The notes beneath the pieces were generated by a model that made no database searches, was not told the origin of the DNA, and saw only the letters and a program-made list of their open reading frames with translations. A DNA stretch of 56,902 bases from a virus (lineage: Duplodnaviria; Caudoviricetes), in the IMG/VR virus record IMGVR_UViG_3300025099_000004, positions 1 to 56,902 of that record; one strand, given 5' to 3'. Each line of letters begins with the position of its first letter. The stretch's first letter is position 1. Both the position numbers and the translations under genes were made by a program. This document shows positions 55,933-56,902 of this stretch, in pieces.

Positions 55933-56201
55933 TGGCGCAAGAATGGCATCTCTCTAAGTCTATACCTCTTACATTTGTACTTGCTATCGTTGTACAAACT
56001 ATAGGTCTTGTGTGGTATATGTCATCATTAGACGCAAACGTAACAAGCAATGCCCGTGAAATAGCTAGGCATGAGATACGAATAAATGAAATAGAAAAGA
56101 CATCACAACTACAAGCTGTAATGTTAGGACGAATTGATGAAAACATAAAGGCAATACGGGATGCAGTAGATAAGATGCAAGCCGCAAATTCTGCTAGATA
56201 A
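55932..56201 (+). CDS. TM + coiled-coil small protein
   Basis: WHLSKSIPLTFVLAIVVQT TM; TAATG coupling. Confidence 0.65.
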   Translation: MAQEWHLSKSIPLTFVLAIVVQTIGLVWYMSSLDANVTSNAREIARHEIRINEIEKTSQLQAVMLGRIDENIKAIRDAVDKMQAANSAR

Positions 56202-56215
56202 TAAGGTAGTTTACT

Positions 56216-56686
56216 ATGGACCCTTTTACAGCAATGGCTGCAGCTACGGCTGCTTTTAAAGGAATAAAGAAAGCTGTTGATGTAGGAAAAGACATCTCAT
56301 CTATGGGCCAAACATTATCTCAATGGTCTAAGGCGGTAAGTGACCTAGACTTCTTAGAGAAAAAAGCTCAGAAGCCGCCAATGTATAAGATGTTTAGTGA
56401 CACTCAGGCTACTGCCTTAGAGATCTGGACACAAAAGCAGAAGCTTAAAGAGATGAGAGAAGAGCTAAAGGAATACATCTCTTTTGTTTATGGACCGTCA
56501 GCTTGGAAAGAGATAGTAAGAATAGAAGGTGAACAACGTAAGGCACAAAGGGATGCAGTGTATGCACAAAAAGAGTTTATAGATAACTGTATTAATGGTG
56601 TTATAATAACTCTTATGGTACTGGCAGGTGTAGGTGCATTAATAGCTGTTCTGTATTTAGTAGGTGCTAAACAAGGCAAGTGGTAA
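56216..56686 (+). CDS. Hypothetical protein with C-terminal TM
   Basis: MDP.TA.A.A..AF..IK N-terminus; hydrophobic C-terminus. Confidence 0.7.
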   Translation: MDPFTAMAAATAAFKGIKKAVDVGKDISSMGQTLSQWSKAVSDLDFLEKKAQKPPMYKMFSDTQATALEIWTQKQKLKEMREELKEYISFVYGPSAWKEIVRIEGEQRKAQRDAVYAQKEFIDNCINGVIITLMVLAGVGALIAVLYLVGAKQGKW

Positions 56687-56704
56687 CAAAAGAAAGATAA
56701 ACGA

Positions 56705-56902
56705 ATGATTCAGTTTCAAGGATTCAAACCAGACGCACAAAAGCGTATTGCAGGTAAGCTAGGTTACACTGGTGACATGTCTAACTTTGACGGGTACTTA
56801 GAACAAAACCCTGAAGCAAAGAAACAGATGGATATGTACAAGCAACAAGCTGTAAAGATGATGCAAGGTGGTATGGTACGTAAAAACTATCAAGAGGGTG
56901 GA
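56705..56902 (+). CDS. N-terminus of the 2-1816 gene, continuing across the circular junction
   Basis: ATG 56705 is in frame with the ATG at 56777 (= position 2). Confidence 0.85.
   Translation, partial: MIQFQGFKPDAQKRIAGKLGYTGDMSNFDGYLEQNPEAKKQMDMYKQQAVKMMQGGMVRKNYQEGG
56776..56902. repeat. Terminal overlap, right copy
   Basis: Identical to 1-127. Confidence 0.95.

Noticed and set aside
23-56679. Numerous antisense ORFs in the six-frame track
   Set aside because: They are shadows of long genes on the opposite strand and conflict with the clean two-arm strand organisation.
56776-56902. 127-bp terminal repeat as a biological direct terminal repeat
   Set aside because: The length equals a common assembly k-mer and the repeat interrupts a continuous CDS, so it is best explained as circular contig overlap.

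Overview
This is a complete, circularly assembled dsDNA podovirus genome. Bases 1-127 are repeated at 56776-56902, so the unit length is about 56,775 bp. It has two arms. The minus-strand early/replication arm (27384 to 7355) carries small early genes, an HhH glycosylase, a DenV-like glycosylase, a SleB hydrolase, DUF932, a tyrosine integrase, a primase and separate helicase, ThyX, family A DNA polymerase, an SSB-like protein, an exonuclease, endonuclease I, class II RNR and MazG. The plus-strand late arm (28407 to 7318, across the junction) carries lysis genes, terminase, portal, scaffold, capsid, tail adaptor/nozzle, four tail fibres and internal virion proteins. The arms converge on a bidirectional terminator at ~7320-7352 and diverge at a ~1 kb hairpin-rich non-coding region. 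A DnaJ-type CxxCxGxG zinc finger inside the polymerase, the integrase, the absence of a phage RNA polymerase and the genome size point to an HMO-2011-type marine phage of Alphaproteobacteria; that assignment is inferred, not searched. The main leads are: (1) a 14-bp palindrome GTCCAAYGTTGGAC in five copies in the early region, read as KSNVGP in three genes; (2) a Wza/Poly_export-like domain inside a 1079-aa virion protein; (3) a repeated aromatic/Met-x-x-GG motif shared by three unrelated late proteins, with a DDIPA-GEF domain as a candidate processing enzyme; (4) a repeated GCC/TTACC internal-loop RNA motif in the capsid and scaffold leaders; (5) small proteins that may act on translation or RNA (ArfA-like and DUF1127, both missed by the ORF track, plus RMF-like); (6) an EF-hand membrane protein in the lysis cassette; (7) three fibre+chaperone cassettes with shared microhomologies. 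All family assignments come from motif recognition by eye, with no database search.
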